From: Candidatus Woesearchaeota archaeon
Lineage (GTDB): Archaea; Nanobdellota; Nanobdellia; SCGC-AAA011-G17; JAFCDX01
Length of the DNA: 37,152 nt
Reading direction: 5' to 3'
Assembly (NCBI GenBank): GCA_018302265.1
Contig: JAGVZV010000009.1
Location: forward strand, 1-37,152
Part shown: positions 1 to 9,002 of the stretch, piece after piece
Layout: every line of letters starts with the position of its first letter
Numbering within the stretch: position 1 is the stretch's first letter
Made by a program: the position numbers and the translations under genes
Notes under the pieces: generated by a model
Database searches by the model: none
Seen by the model: the letters and a program-made list of their open reading frames with translations, nothing else
Told to the model about the DNA's origin: nothing

Positions 1-136
1 ACTAATGGAAGGCTCAGAACTCCATATCAGGCTTTTATTGAAAAAATGAGGAAAAGTTTATGAACAAGAGCACTAACTTAAATCAGCAAGAGGACATTAT
101 TTCTGGATAAGACAATTGATTTAAAAAACCGAATGA

Positions 137-144
137 TTTATATA
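137..144 (+). promoter_or_regulatory. TATA-box-like element upstream of the Sm/L37e operon
   Basis: TTTATATA at 137-144, about 29 nt upstream of the ATG at 173. This spacing fits a leaderless or short-leader archaeal transcript. Confidence 0.4.
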
Positions 145-172
145 TCGCTAAAATCCAGAATTATCGATAAAA

Positions 173-397
173 ATGGAAGCAGAAAGGCCATTGGACGCGC
201 TAAACAATGCAAGGAACAAGAAGGTAATTTTAGAGCTAAAAAATGGGAAGCAACTAATTGGAACCTTGAAGGCATTTGATATTCACATTAATACTGTCCT
301 GGATGGCACAGAAGAAAGAGAAAACGGAGAGGTTAAGAGAAAACTAGGAACTGCTTTTGTGCGCGGTGATACTATAGTAATGATTTCTGTGGCTTAA
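173..397 (+). CDS. Sm-like (LSm) archaeal RNA-binding protein
   Basis: 74 aa. Sm1/Sm2-like segments (VILELKNGKQLIGTLKAFDIHINTVL ... FVRGDTIVMIS). Sits directly upstream of an L37e gene, which is the conserved archaeal arrangement. Confidence 0.85.
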   Translation: MEAERPLDALNNARNKKVILELKNGKQLIGTLKAFDIHINTVLDGTEERENGEVKRKLGTAFVRGDTIVMISVA

Positions 398-398
398 A

Positions 399-575
399 AT
401 GGCAAAGGGAACTCCTTCTATGGGCATGAAGTCCGGTAAGAAGAATTTTATCAGATGCAGAAGATGCGGCCGAAGAACCTATCATGTTAAAAAGAAAAAG
501 TGCTCCTCTTGCGGCTTTGGCAAGACAACCAAGATGAGAAATTACAACTGGCGCAACCAGAGAAAGAGAAAGTAA
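399..575 (+). CDS. rpl37e: 50S ribosomal protein eL37 (L37e); not in the supplied ORF track (58 aa)
   Basis: Hand translation gives MAKGTPSMGMKSGKKNFIRCRRCGRRTYHVKKKKCSSCGFGKTTKMRNYNWRNQRKRK. It has a CxxC...CxxC zinc ribbon and a basic tail. The ATG lies 1 nt after the Sm stop codon and the ORF ends in TAA at 573-575. Confidence 0.9.
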   Translation: MAKGTPSMGMKSGKKNFIRCRRCGRRTYHVKKKKCSSCGFGKTTKMRNYNWRNQRKRK

Positions 576-582
576 TTTAAAT
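575..582 (+). promoter_or_regulatory. TATA-like element upstream of tRNA-Leu
   Basis: ATTTAAAT lies 23-30 nt upstream of the tRNA 5' end at 605. Confidence 0.3.
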
Positions 583-604
583 CAGGATTTCTGGAATTTT
601 ATAT

Positions 605-701
605 GCGGAGATGCCGGAGCGGTCAAACGGGATAATAATCATCCTAGGGTTTAGGCCCTATTGGCTTAGTGCCTGCGCAGGTTCGAATCCTGTTCTCCGC
701 A
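605..701 (+). tRNA. tRNA-Leu(UAG), class II, with a 13-nt non-canonical intron at 635-647 (between positions 29 and 30)
   Basis: 7-bp acceptor stem GCGGAGA/TCTCCGC. D-arm GCCGGAGCGGTCAAACGG. T-arm GCAGG-TTCGAAT-CCTGT. Long variable arm (GGC-TTAGT-GCC). Removing 635-647 gives a perfect anticodon stem ATAGG/CCTAT with loop TTTAGGC. The helix-bulge fold around the splice sites was done by hand. Confidence 0.75.
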
Positions 702-708
702 GATTTTA

Positions 709-1269
709 TTAATAAAGAATTCTCCTTATCTCAAACTTATCTGTAATTTTCTTAATGGATTCTATAAATACATTTTCATGTTCGGGGTATATTTCTATTA
801 ATCCTGGCTTGAGCAAGTTACCACCATATTTTTTAATCAACCCGTAATTTCCTTTTTTTCCATTTAGCATATAATTAAATCTTATTTTATCCTTCTTTTT
901 TAGATTAATTAAAGAATAGTATACTTGTATTTTTGAATTAAGACCAAATTTTTTTGAAAAGTAATCTCCGGAAATTATGCTTTTCCCATAGAATAGAATA
1001 TTTTCCTTTGCAAAATTTGATTCATCAAAAAAAGAATATAAATCATAAGATTTTACATGAATTGGGATATCTGAAAATTTTTGTAATTGATTTTTTATTG
1101 ATTGAGACTGCTCTAATTGTTCTTTTAAAGGTATTTTATTAAAAATTACAGTTATATCTATATCACTGGGATTAGAATTTTCCATTACAGATGAACCGAA
1201 TTGTACTATATCAAAAACATCCGAACTATAATTCAATTTTGGTTTTTTTTGCCATAAATAGTGCATCAT
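709..1269 (-). CDS. minimal nucleotidyltransferase (MNT, Pol-beta superfamily) domain protein
   Basis: GS...DxD signature in VQFGSSVMENSNPSDIDITVIF. Overlaps the upstream HEPN gene by 44 nt. Confidence 0.7.
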   Translation of the reverse strand: MMHYLWQKKPKLNYSSDVFDIVQFGSSVMENSNPSDIDITVIFNKIPLKEQLEQSQSIKNQLQKFSDIPIHVKSYDLYSFFDESNFAKENILFYGKSIISGDYFSKKFGLNSKIQVYYSLINLKKKDKIRFNYMLNGKKGNYGLIKKYGGNLLKPGLIEIYPEHENVFIESIKKITDKFEIRRILY

Positions 1270-1567
1270 TTTTAATAACCTCTGCTAATTCTTTTGTCAT
1301 CATTTGGATATAACTATCTTGATAGAAGGGGAAATCTTTGTCTAGAATGTCATAAACATCTGGGAATTTATATTGTACTATTCTGAATCTTTCTGTATGA
1401 GAAGAGGGGGTATCTTTTGTATTTTTAATAATAAACAGATCAATCAAGGCAACAAGAGATTTAAAGTATAAAACAACTGCAGAATTATATCTCTGCTTTT
1501 TTAATTCGTCTTCTGCTGAATTGAAGTATTCTCTTGCAGTTTTTTCTAGTATCTCTTCTTTTTTCAT
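1226..1567 (-). CDS. HEPN domain protein (partner of the MNT)
   Basis: 113-aa helical protein with a HEPN-like N-terminus (AREYFNSAEDELKKQRYNSAVVLYFKSLVALIDL) and an SHTERF segment. Paired with the NTase gene. Confidence 0.55.
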   Translation of the reverse strand: MKKEEILEKTAREYFNSAEDELKKQRYNSAVVLYFKSLVALIDLFIIKNTKDTPSSHTERFRIVQYKFPDVYDILDKDFPFYQDSYIQMMTKELAEVIKNDALFMAKKTKIEL

Positions 1568-1600
1568 ACCAAGTAAGAATATTTGTAAGTATTTAAACCT

Positions 1601-1659
1601 TTTTATTACTAGGTAAGAAATATATTATTATAGCTTGTTATTTTATTACTAGGTAAGAA
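1601..1659. repeat. 19-bp perfect direct repeat TTTTATTACTAGGTAAGAA (1601-1619 and 1641-1659)
   Basis: Read directly from the sequence. The second copy contains the TAG stop of the 242-aa membrane protein gene. Confidence 0.9.
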
Positions 1660-2377
1660 CTTTCTTAGAAAACCATAACTGTGCCAGGCTTATCAATAAT
1701 ATAAAAATTAGCAATAAGATGATAGAAATTAAGAATCTTAATCCATACACCTCCCCCATTATTGAAATTATAACAAGCAACTTGATTATTAAGTATATAA
1801 TAACCAAAAAGAATAGTAATAAGTAAATCAAGATTAACTTCAATTTTAATAGTGAATTAAGAGCCTCTTTTAAAGCTATTTTAATTGGTTTATCCAGTTT
1901 TAAGTAGATTATTAGTAAATAATAGAAGATTATGAAGAATAAGGCTGTAAATATAATTGGATCATAGGACAGAATTGATTTTAGCGCTATTAAAAAAAGC
2001 AAATAAAACGGAAGAGTGACTATGGAAAATCTTATTAAATATTTTTTAATATCCTTTGAGTCAGATAAATAATAAAAAACTAACCCCTGGAATAGAACCC
2101 AAAATATGAATAATAACAGTGGAATCAACAAATATTGGAATAGCATGAATTTGGTTGCTGTTTTTGTCAGTTCGTTTATGGAAGTTTGCAAGTTAGGCAT
2201 ATTTTCTGTCAGGTTATTCTGAATAGCTGTCTGTAATTCCAGAAGTTTTGGTGATGTTTCTTTTAGAAATTGCAGATAATTCATTATCTGTTCTTTTATC
2301 AGTAGAAATAGTATTACTAATGATGCGGAAAACAGTACATTCAGGGAAAATACTTTCAATCTAAGATATTTTAGCAT
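1649..2377 (-). CDS. polytopic membrane protein, unknown function
   Basis: 242 aa with several long hydrophobic segments. No recognisable motif. Confidence 0.55.
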   Translation of the reverse strand: MLKYLRLKVFSLNVLFSASLVILFLLIKEQIMNYLQFLKETSPKLLELQTAIQNNLTENMPNLQTSINELTKTATKFMLFQYLLIPLLLFIFWVLFQGLVFYYLSDSKDIKKYLIRFSIVTLPFYLLFLIALKSILSYDPIIFTALFFIIFYYLLIIYLKLDKPIKIALKEALNSLLKLKLILIYLLLFFLVIIYLIIKLLVIISIMGEVYGLRFLISIILLLIFILLISLAQLWFSKKVLT

Positions 2378-2422
2378 GTATAATAAAAATTATAGAGTTT
2401 ATTAAGATTTTGTTATATTAGA

Positions 2423-2932
2423 CTATTTATATTCTCTGGTATATCCAAATTTTTCATATGCCATTAGGCCATAATTATGCAATTTAGTAAGATTCTTTCT
2501 GGTTAATGATTCTGGAAGAAATGGAGATCTCATCCCATCTGAAATCATAATCAGCTCACAAACTTGATGGTTATGATTCCTAAATCTATCATAACGGATA
2601 TTAATAGAACCTAAAACAGGATCTTCGTATCTTTTTTCTACTGGAAACATCTTTGGATCTGCTGTTAGTTGTATATTTGCATCTGCCATTGGATCGTTAG
2701 TAGACCATTTTTGTGTTTTAGTATCCCAATCGTAACGAAATTTAATCTCAGGGTGTCCAAGATATGCTATTTCCTTAGGTGGGACATGAGCATCACAAGA
2801 TAAGAAAATGGTGTGGTCTATAGTTGCAATATCTTTTATGCTATTTGGAGATTCAATGGGCTTACTTTTACAGGATACTAGGCTAGCCAACGAGATGGTT
2901 GCTATTCCAACCCAATATGCTAATTTTTTCAT
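2423..2932 (-). CDS. putative lipoprotein, unknown function
   Basis: Signal peptide ending in a lipobox-like LVSC (MKKLAYWVGIATISLASLVSCKS). Confidence 0.55.
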   Translation of the reverse strand: MKKLAYWVGIATISLASLVSCKSKPIESPNSIKDIATIDHTIFLSCDAHVPPKEIAYLGHPEIKFRYDWDTKTQKWSTNDPMADANIQLTADPKMFPVEKRYEDPVLGSINIRYDRFRNHNHQVCELIMISDGMRSPFLPESLTRKNLTKLHNYGLMAYEKFGYTREYK

Positions 2933-2971
2933 AATTTTTGTATTATAGAAAAGTATTTTAAATTATCTTTT

Positions 2972-5900
2972 TTAAGTACATACTTCGGATTTTTTATTAG
3001 ATAAAACTTGTTTTATTACTGGTTTTTGTGTAATTAATTGTGTAAACTGAATCTCACTCAATGGAATTATTACACAACTTCCACTCGTTGCTATTCTATT
3101 AGCCTCAAATATATCTTCATTATCTTTATAAGATAAGAAATTTGCTATAAAGTTCTGATCACTAGTTTGGGTGGATGGATAGAAAAGGCTTACTATTCGC
3201 ATGACATTCCAATCAGATGGTACATGAAAATAATAATCTTTTTCCACTTCAGTTGCACCAACACACTTTGCATTAAAAGCAGACCAAGAACATTTGTTAC
3301 ATTGTCCGCACTCAGTGTTATCATAAATACAATTAGATTGGCAGGATAAACATGTATTTTTATATGTTGGAGGGACTATTGCATTAAACCAGCCAAGCCA
3401 ATTTTTTGTTCTAAGATAACAATCTAATTGAGCAGTATCAAACTCGTTACACTTTTGTTCACTTTCACATCCCCCTGAAAGCTGATTACAACCATTACAA
3501 GTCTTTTCGATTTTTCGAAGTGCTACAATATTTAAGGTTACGGTTTTGGTATAATAATTTATATCTAAAACTTTGTAAGTTATACTATATATATCACCAT
3601 AATTTATTGTATTTTCTTCATTAAGTTTATATTCTACTTTAGACAAAAGTTTATGATTATCTGTAAGCTCGATACTATGATCTGCTGTATTAACATTGGT
3701 TAATTCTATTGTTAAGCTAGGATCATCAACTAGGATATAATTTTTTAAGTAAATTTTTTGATTATAATCTAGAGTAACTTTAGCAGATAAACTTTGTGGA
3801 GAAGGACCTATTTTAGAGATACAACCTGAATCAGTCCACATGCAAGTTTCCTGTTCAGTATCACATTCTTCCTTAGTACGAGTTCTACATTCTACTACTA
3901 CTTTTTCTGCACAAATTCCTCCTTCACAATATCCGCTAGCACAATCTCCATTTATGGAACAAATTTCTTCTATTCCCGATTTAATTTTTTCTGCTCCCGC
4001 AGATTGTATGGTCTCTTCTTCTACAGTTTCTGGTTTTGGAATTGTAACTGTTCCAGCAAGTGAAGCATAAATCTCTGCAGTGCTGATCTGCGCAAGTATC
4101 TTATAACTAGGATTCAAAGAATAATCTATAAGCGTTTTATATGTGATGCTATCAACTCCGTTTATGAACAAATTAATCAAATCACTTCCTTTAAGAGATA
4201 TTCTTTTGGCTTCTAACCCTTCATAGTATGCTTTGGCTTTATCCTCGCTGAAGTATTTCTTAAGCTGCTCTTCACTAAGCGTTATTTTTGCATTTAATTC
4301 AGCGCTAGTAGAAATAATTCCCTTTTGTATTTCTTCCATGGTTTCTATATTTTTGACGCTGACACTGCTCATATCAATCCAGCACTTTCCAAGGCTATTG
4401 CCCTGCTTGTCCTGGCCGCATGTTCCTATATCCTGCCAACGATCAGATTCAGATGCTTTTCCCGGATTTAATACAGAACATGTTCTTATAATTCCGGAGC
4501 TTATTAATCCATACTCTTGTGGAAGTATTACTCCTCCAAGAGAAGAGGATGTCCTTGGAACATCAGATACGCACTTATCAGCGCTTGTAATGCTCTTTGT
4601 CAGTGCATCACTCTTGACTATTCTATCGTTCAATGCATTAATCGAGTATGCTGTACTTACCTTTCCAAATCCGCAATCCTCTTTTCCATTGATGTAAACA
4701 CAAATCTTATTCATTCCTCTTGGTCCTAGTTTTTCTACGCTAACATCTCTATGTCCATCATAAGGAACTGTGTCATACAACTGATTAGAATTTCTTACTG
4801 TAACAGGCAAAGTTCTTCCTAAATCATCTCTAAGATAAACTGCATATTTAACTCCCTCTCTTGCATATCCTGTTTTAGCTATGTCGGGGATATTCCCTGC
4901 ATAAATAAAATAATAAACACTGTACATTGACTGCTCGGATGATTGCATTCCGTATTGCGTGCTGTATGTTCTTCCTGCTGTAACAGCCCATGGAGCCTCA
5001 TCAAATGTTGCAGTGAATTGAGGCGGATTTTCTGCCTCTGCCAACTGATCTACAAACTCTCCAACATCCCCGAATTTTCCGTATATTGCTGCCTCACAGA
5101 TTGTTGACCCCATTTCAGCTGTTGATCTCCCCTTAAAAGCTGCAAATGCGCTTGATCCGTATTCTGAAGTAAAATATTTTACTGAGTCTGAAACGGCATT
5201 TATATTCTGGTTGAAATTTAAGTACTCGCCACCGCTTCCCTCTGTTACGCCAAATACTTTTCCAGATATCATAGCAGATAAGCTCCCGCGCAGCTTGAAA
5301 ATATTAATCAATTCCTGCCAGAACAACTTACATACTCCTACAGACCTTATCTTGTCGCAGATTCCTATATTCTCGTGATCAATTTTAGCAGCTGATAGGC
5401 ATTCCTTAAATCCTTCAAGCAGTGATCTGATACTTCTCAAACCAGCCAGTATACCTGGCAGACAAACTGGAACTGGATCATCTGGGAAATTAGGCAATCC
5501 CAAAACAATGGATCCAATTATTCCTGTGTCAACTACTGTTCCTCTCGTCAGTGGATATTTTCCTCCAAGATTAAATCTGGATGGAGGGCACATTACAGGA
5601 TCACATACAGCAAATAAAATCTTGCAATCACTTGGATCCATAACATCCTGGCAGTGGGTTTGCTGTCCTATCTGGGTTATTCTATAAGCAGACTGTGAGC
5701 AGGCAAATTCTGTCTTCCCGATTGTTTTGCTCTGTCCATCCTTGCAAGAACCAACACTTTTTGAAATAGTAGTGCACTTACCGCCTATAGCTGCAGTTAT
5801 TCTGTCCTTTCCAGCTTTTAGCAAATCATCTCCAGAACATGGCTCTCCATCAACTCCAACATTCCAGTATTCACAATCATCCGGGTCTCCAGTTGCATAC

Positions 5901-8900
5901 CAGCTTAGCACTTTTATGAAGTTTCCATTCTCTCCAGTGGGTATACAGTACGGTCTTCCCTCATTATCAAACTGCGCCTTTGCATTTGAAGCATAATTAT
6001 TTCTTTCTCCAACATCTGTCAATTCAATGGTTTCAAGGGCTGCGTAGAATTGGCCTTTACCATCTTTAAATAATCTGTAATTCTGTTCTCCTGCTTCTAA
6101 CACCAAAGGTTCTGTTAATTTATTCAAGTTGCTTACACAATCAGGAGTGCTTTCCAATTTTGTATCAACACAGTTTACTTTATAATCGGCATTTAATGGA
6201 TTGTTGGCATTGTCTCTTTGCGTAGCAGGTAAAAATTCGTACTGTGTTGAAGCCATAAGCTGCCCCTGAGAATCAACAGAGATAAGATTGTATTTATCCC
6301 CCCCAGAAGAATATGCCTCAACTTTTATATTTTCTTTATTCGCAAGAGGAGCCATCTTCATTTCTGCAAGCTTTGTATTTATTTCATTGAAATCATCCTC
6401 AAGTTTTTTAGTGGCATCTTCGCCAGACCCGTAATATGTGGTATGACGCAATGCAGCCTTGTATTTTGAATTATAACTATTAACAAATTTTGCTTTTTCC
6501 TTGTCAGATGAGTCCTTGTTTACGCTAATCTCATTTTTAGTGGCAGTTATTGCTGCGCTCATTGCTTTTTGCTTGGCGGTAATAGATTCTTCAGTTCCTT
6601 TACACTCGTCCTGGAGCGATTTTAATCCATCCCCGCTTAATTTTTTTTCATATAATTTACACTTGTAAAGAGCCAGCCACTCGCTTGATTCAATTTTATC
6701 TGCAGCGCCTAATTCCATCGTGTTTTTATCAAATCCTTGCGGGTAATACGGAGTTAGCTCTTCAACTGAGGAAAAACAGTCTTCTCCCTTTTTATTGCAT
6801 TCTAAAACCTTTTGCTGTTCTTGTTCAAGAACATTCAATTCATCTTCTATCAGTTTAGCATGATTATTCATGCACTTATCAAATGTGTTCTGTCCAAGAG
6901 CAACCTCTTTTTCGCATATTTTATTGTAACGTGGCATAACATCCTTTCTGGCCATATTTCTATCAGCTCCGGCAAGGAATGAATTTTTGATAGTCACCCA
7001 TGCAAACGTTGCAAAGCAGACATACTTCCAGGATTTTATCATGCTGTCTAACTGGCTTATGTATCTGTCAAGAATTTCTATCTGTTTTGTTGTCTCATTG
7101 ATCATCTTGTCTATTTGACCTGGAGTCCATTGAACCAGTCTCTTCTCTATAGGAATGTGTATCATAAAAGAGGATTCAGAATAAGTATCTCCTCCGCCAG
7201 GCATTACAGTAACATAAGCGCTTTTTTTTGAATCAACTTTTTTAAGAGTCAACTGATGTCCATCCACGTCCTTATTTTGCTCATAATCTAAATACAGAGT
7301 TTGACTTCCACTGGTTTTTCCCTGCACATATTTTTGGATAACGACACGTTCTGAATAAATATTAATAACTTTCCAATAAGATATAATTTTTCCATCTTTG
7401 TCTGTTTCTTTAATATTTTCAACAGTATCTCCTTCATAATAAATACCAGAAGCGGAACTAGCTCCAGCCTCTCTATCTTCTATTGTAGCAGAAGTTTTAT
7501 CAGTGACTGGAGGAATAATCACATCAAGCAGTGTAACCCTAACACCCTCATCCTCCAAGTAAACAGGCTCGGATTTTGATTTGCTGAATAATTGATTTTC
7601 TATGGCAGATATTGATTTTTCTACAGATGCAACATTGGAAACTCTTTTCAGGTAATACAATGCCAAAGACCTTGATGTGTCCATGTCCTCATCAGTCAAG
7701 AAATCAGAAAGCGAGAAATAAGCCTCTCCTATTCCCCTGTACACCTGATCCCTTATGTTTACATCTTCAGTCATAGCCTGCTCGTAGTGGGATATTGCTG
7801 TGCAGTATAATTTTCTTGCATTAATCTTTTTTATGTCATCAGTCTCATCTGATTTTATCAAGTCAGATAGTTTATTTTGCAGTTCGGAATCATCTTCATT
7901 GATTAAAGCACTTTCATCACATATATTTTTCTTGTTTTCTTCTAAATTCTCATCTGTCGTCTCCTCCTTGAATGTTGTTCCCTTCTCGCCCTCCTGTTTT
8001 TTTGTTAGCATCAGTGTTCTCTTTTCACCGACGCCATTCCTTAGTATAACACTATACTGTTTTTCTCCTGGATTTTTTGCAGTTTGCTCAAGTATGTTAT
8101 AAACTTTCCAATTAGAACCAGAAGCAATGCTCATATCCTCAACAATAATCTTGTAATCAGTTCCGTCCATTGACTCAACTTTTAATTTAACTTCCTTTTG
8201 TATATCTCCAATCTTATTCAATTTTATTCTTACCTGATCATGGAAAAATGCCGAGGAACCCGGGATTGTTATGGTTTTAATATCTCCTTTGCTCAATAAT
8301 AAAACCCCGCGTTCATTGTATCTCTCTAAGTTCTGATTTTCCTCTTCAGAACTGAACAACAACCCAAGCGGGGATATTGCAGAATCATAAACCTGGATTT
8401 TAGCCACATTATTTTCTATATCCACTAACCTCAGATAGCCCTTTCCGTTCCAGAATGAATTTTTATATGACTGACCTTTCCATTGATCCTCATTTAATTC
8501 TCTCAGAGCGAGGTCTGATGATGAAGCGCCTGCAAATCCACGCATGAGATCAAAATATATCCTTGCGCTCATGTTAAGAGTTATTTCTTCAGGAACTTTT
8601 GTTTCATCTTTTATCTGCCTTAGTGTAACAATTACATAACCCAGATTGTCTATAGTCAGTGATCCCTTATTTGGCTGTTGGTACTTAATTCCTCGGACAT
8701 AGCTGCTGGATGATCCACTAGGAGTTACTACAACCCTATTTATATTTGGATTAGAGATGAATGGTTCTGTTTCTGGAGCATTTTCACCCATAAAACTTCC
8801 AAGGGTGATACCTTTAAGAAAAACATATACTGGAACATCTGTTGCCTCTATTTGTGTGCTTACAAGCGAAGCTGGCTCGTTATTAACAACATTTATGCTG

Positions 8901-8995
8901 ATAACTTCTCCTAAATCTTCTGAAATTGTGCTAGATGATTGGGCATAAACAGACATAGGTGTTACTATCATTAACAGCATCAGTGTTAGTGCCAT
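2972..8995 (-). CDS. giant secreted Cys-rich surface protein, unknown function (about 2007 aa from the ATG at 8995; the ORF is open to 9037)
   Basis: Uninterrupted 6-kb ORF. Sec-type signal MALTLMLLMIVTPMSVYA-QSS. The ATG at 8995 avoids overlap with the upstream stop at 9003. The C-terminal half has dense Cys clusters (for example CSINGDCASGYCEGGICAEK and CNGCNQLSGGCESEQKC). Confidence 0.85.
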   Translation of the reverse strand: MALTLMLLMIVTPMSVYAQSSSTISEDLGEVISINVVNNEPASLVSTQIEATDVPVYVFLKGITLGSFMGENAPETEPFISNPNINRVVVTPSGSSSSYVRGIKYQQPNKGSLTIDNLGYVIVTLRQIKDETKVPEEITLNMSARIYFDLMRGFAGASSSDLALRELNEDQWKGQSYKNSFWNGKGYLRLVDIENNVAKIQVYDSAISPLGLLFSSEEENQNLERYNERGVLLLSKGDIKTITIPGSSAFFHDQVRIKLNKIGDIQKEVKLKVESMDGTDYKIIVEDMSIASGSNWKVYNILEQTAKNPGEKQYSVILRNGVGEKRTLMLTKKQEGEKGTTFKEETTDENLEENKKNICDESALINEDDSELQNKLSDLIKSDETDDIKKINARKLYCTAISHYEQAMTEDVNIRDQVYRGIGEAYFSLSDFLTDEDMDTSRSLALYYLKRVSNVASVEKSISAIENQLFSKSKSEPVYLEDEGVRVTLLDVIIPPVTDKTSATIEDREAGASSASGIYYEGDTVENIKETDKDGKIISYWKVINIYSERVVIQKYVQGKTSGSQTLYLDYEQNKDVDGHQLTLKKVDSKKSAYVTVMPGGGDTYSESSFMIHIPIEKRLVQWTPGQIDKMINETTKQIEILDRYISQLDSMIKSWKYVCFATFAWVTIKNSFLAGADRNMARKDVMPRYNKICEKEVALGQNTFDKCMNNHAKLIEDELNVLEQEQQKVLECNKKGEDCFSSVEELTPYYPQGFDKNTMELGAADKIESSEWLALYKCKLYEKKLSGDGLKSLQDECKGTEESITAKQKAMSAAITATKNEISVNKDSSDKEKAKFVNSYNSKYKAALRHTTYYGSGEDATKKLEDDFNEINTKLAEMKMAPLANKENIKVEAYSSGGDKYNLISVDSQGQLMASTQYEFLPATQRDNANNPLNADYKVNCVDTKLESTPDCVSNLNKLTEPLVLEAGEQNYRLFKDGKGQFYAALETIELTDVGERNNYASNAKAQFDNEGRPYCIPTGENGNFIKVLSWYATGDPDDCEYWNVGVDGEPCSGDDLLKAGKDRITAAIGGKCTTISKSVGSCKDGQSKTIGKTEFACSQSAYRITQIGQQTHCQDVMDPSDCKILFAVCDPVMCPPSRFNLGGKYPLTRGTVVDTGIIGSIVLGLPNFPDDPVPVCLPGILAGLRSIRSLLEGFKECLSAAKIDHENIGICDKIRSVGVCKLFWQELINIFKLRGSLSAMISGKVFGVTEGSGGEYLNFNQNINAVSDSVKYFTSEYGSSAFAAFKGRSTAEMGSTICEAAIYGKFGDVGEFVDQLAEAENPPQFTATFDEAPWAVTAGRTYSTQYGMQSSEQSMYSVYYFIYAGNIPDIAKTGYAREGVKYAVYLRDDLGRTLPVTVRNSNQLYDTVPYDGHRDVSVEKLGPRGMNKICVYINGKEDCGFGKVSTAYSINALNDRIVKSDALTKSITSADKCVSDVPRTSSSLGGVILPQEYGLISSGIIRTCSVLNPGKASESDRWQDIGTCGQDKQGNSLGKCWIDMSSVSVKNIETMEEIQKGIISTSAELNAKITLSEEQLKKYFSEDKAKAYYEGLEAKRISLKGSDLINLFINGVDSITYKTLIDYSLNPSYKILAQISTAEIYASLAGTVTIPKPETVEEETIQSAGAEKIKSGIEEICSINGDCASGYCEGGICAEKVVVECRTRTKEECDTEQETCMWTDSGCISKIGPSPQSLSAKVTLDYNQKIYLKNYILVDDPSLTIELTNVNTADHSIELTDNHKLLSKVEYKLNEENTINYGDIYSITYKVLDINYYTKTVTLNIVALRKIEKTCNGCNQLSGGCESEQKCNEFDTAQLDCYLRTKNWLGWFNAIVPPTYKNTCLSCQSNCIYDNTECGQCNKCSWSAFNAKCVGATEVEKDYYFHVPSDWNVMRIVSLFYPSTQTSDQNFIANFLSYKDNEDIFEANRIATSGSCVIIPLSEIQFTQLITQKPVIKQVLSNKKSEVCT

Positions 8996-9002
8996 TAATT
9001 TT

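Noticed and set aside
605-701. Alternative readings of the first tRNA as Met/Ile2 (CAU at 640-642), Sec (UCA at 639-641) or Pyl (CUA at 644-646).
   Set aside because: Each would lack U33 or place a pyrimidine at position 37, and none gives a 5-bp anticodon stem. Only the Leu(UAG) fold with the 13-nt intron satisfies all the cloverleaf constraints I could check by hand.
954-1142. 62-aa plus-strand ORF inside the NTase gene. Similar shadows occur at 29506-29697, 29916-30320, 32361-32666, 32849-33172, 34318-34632 and 35785-35985.
   Set aside because: All are antisense to better-supported genes.
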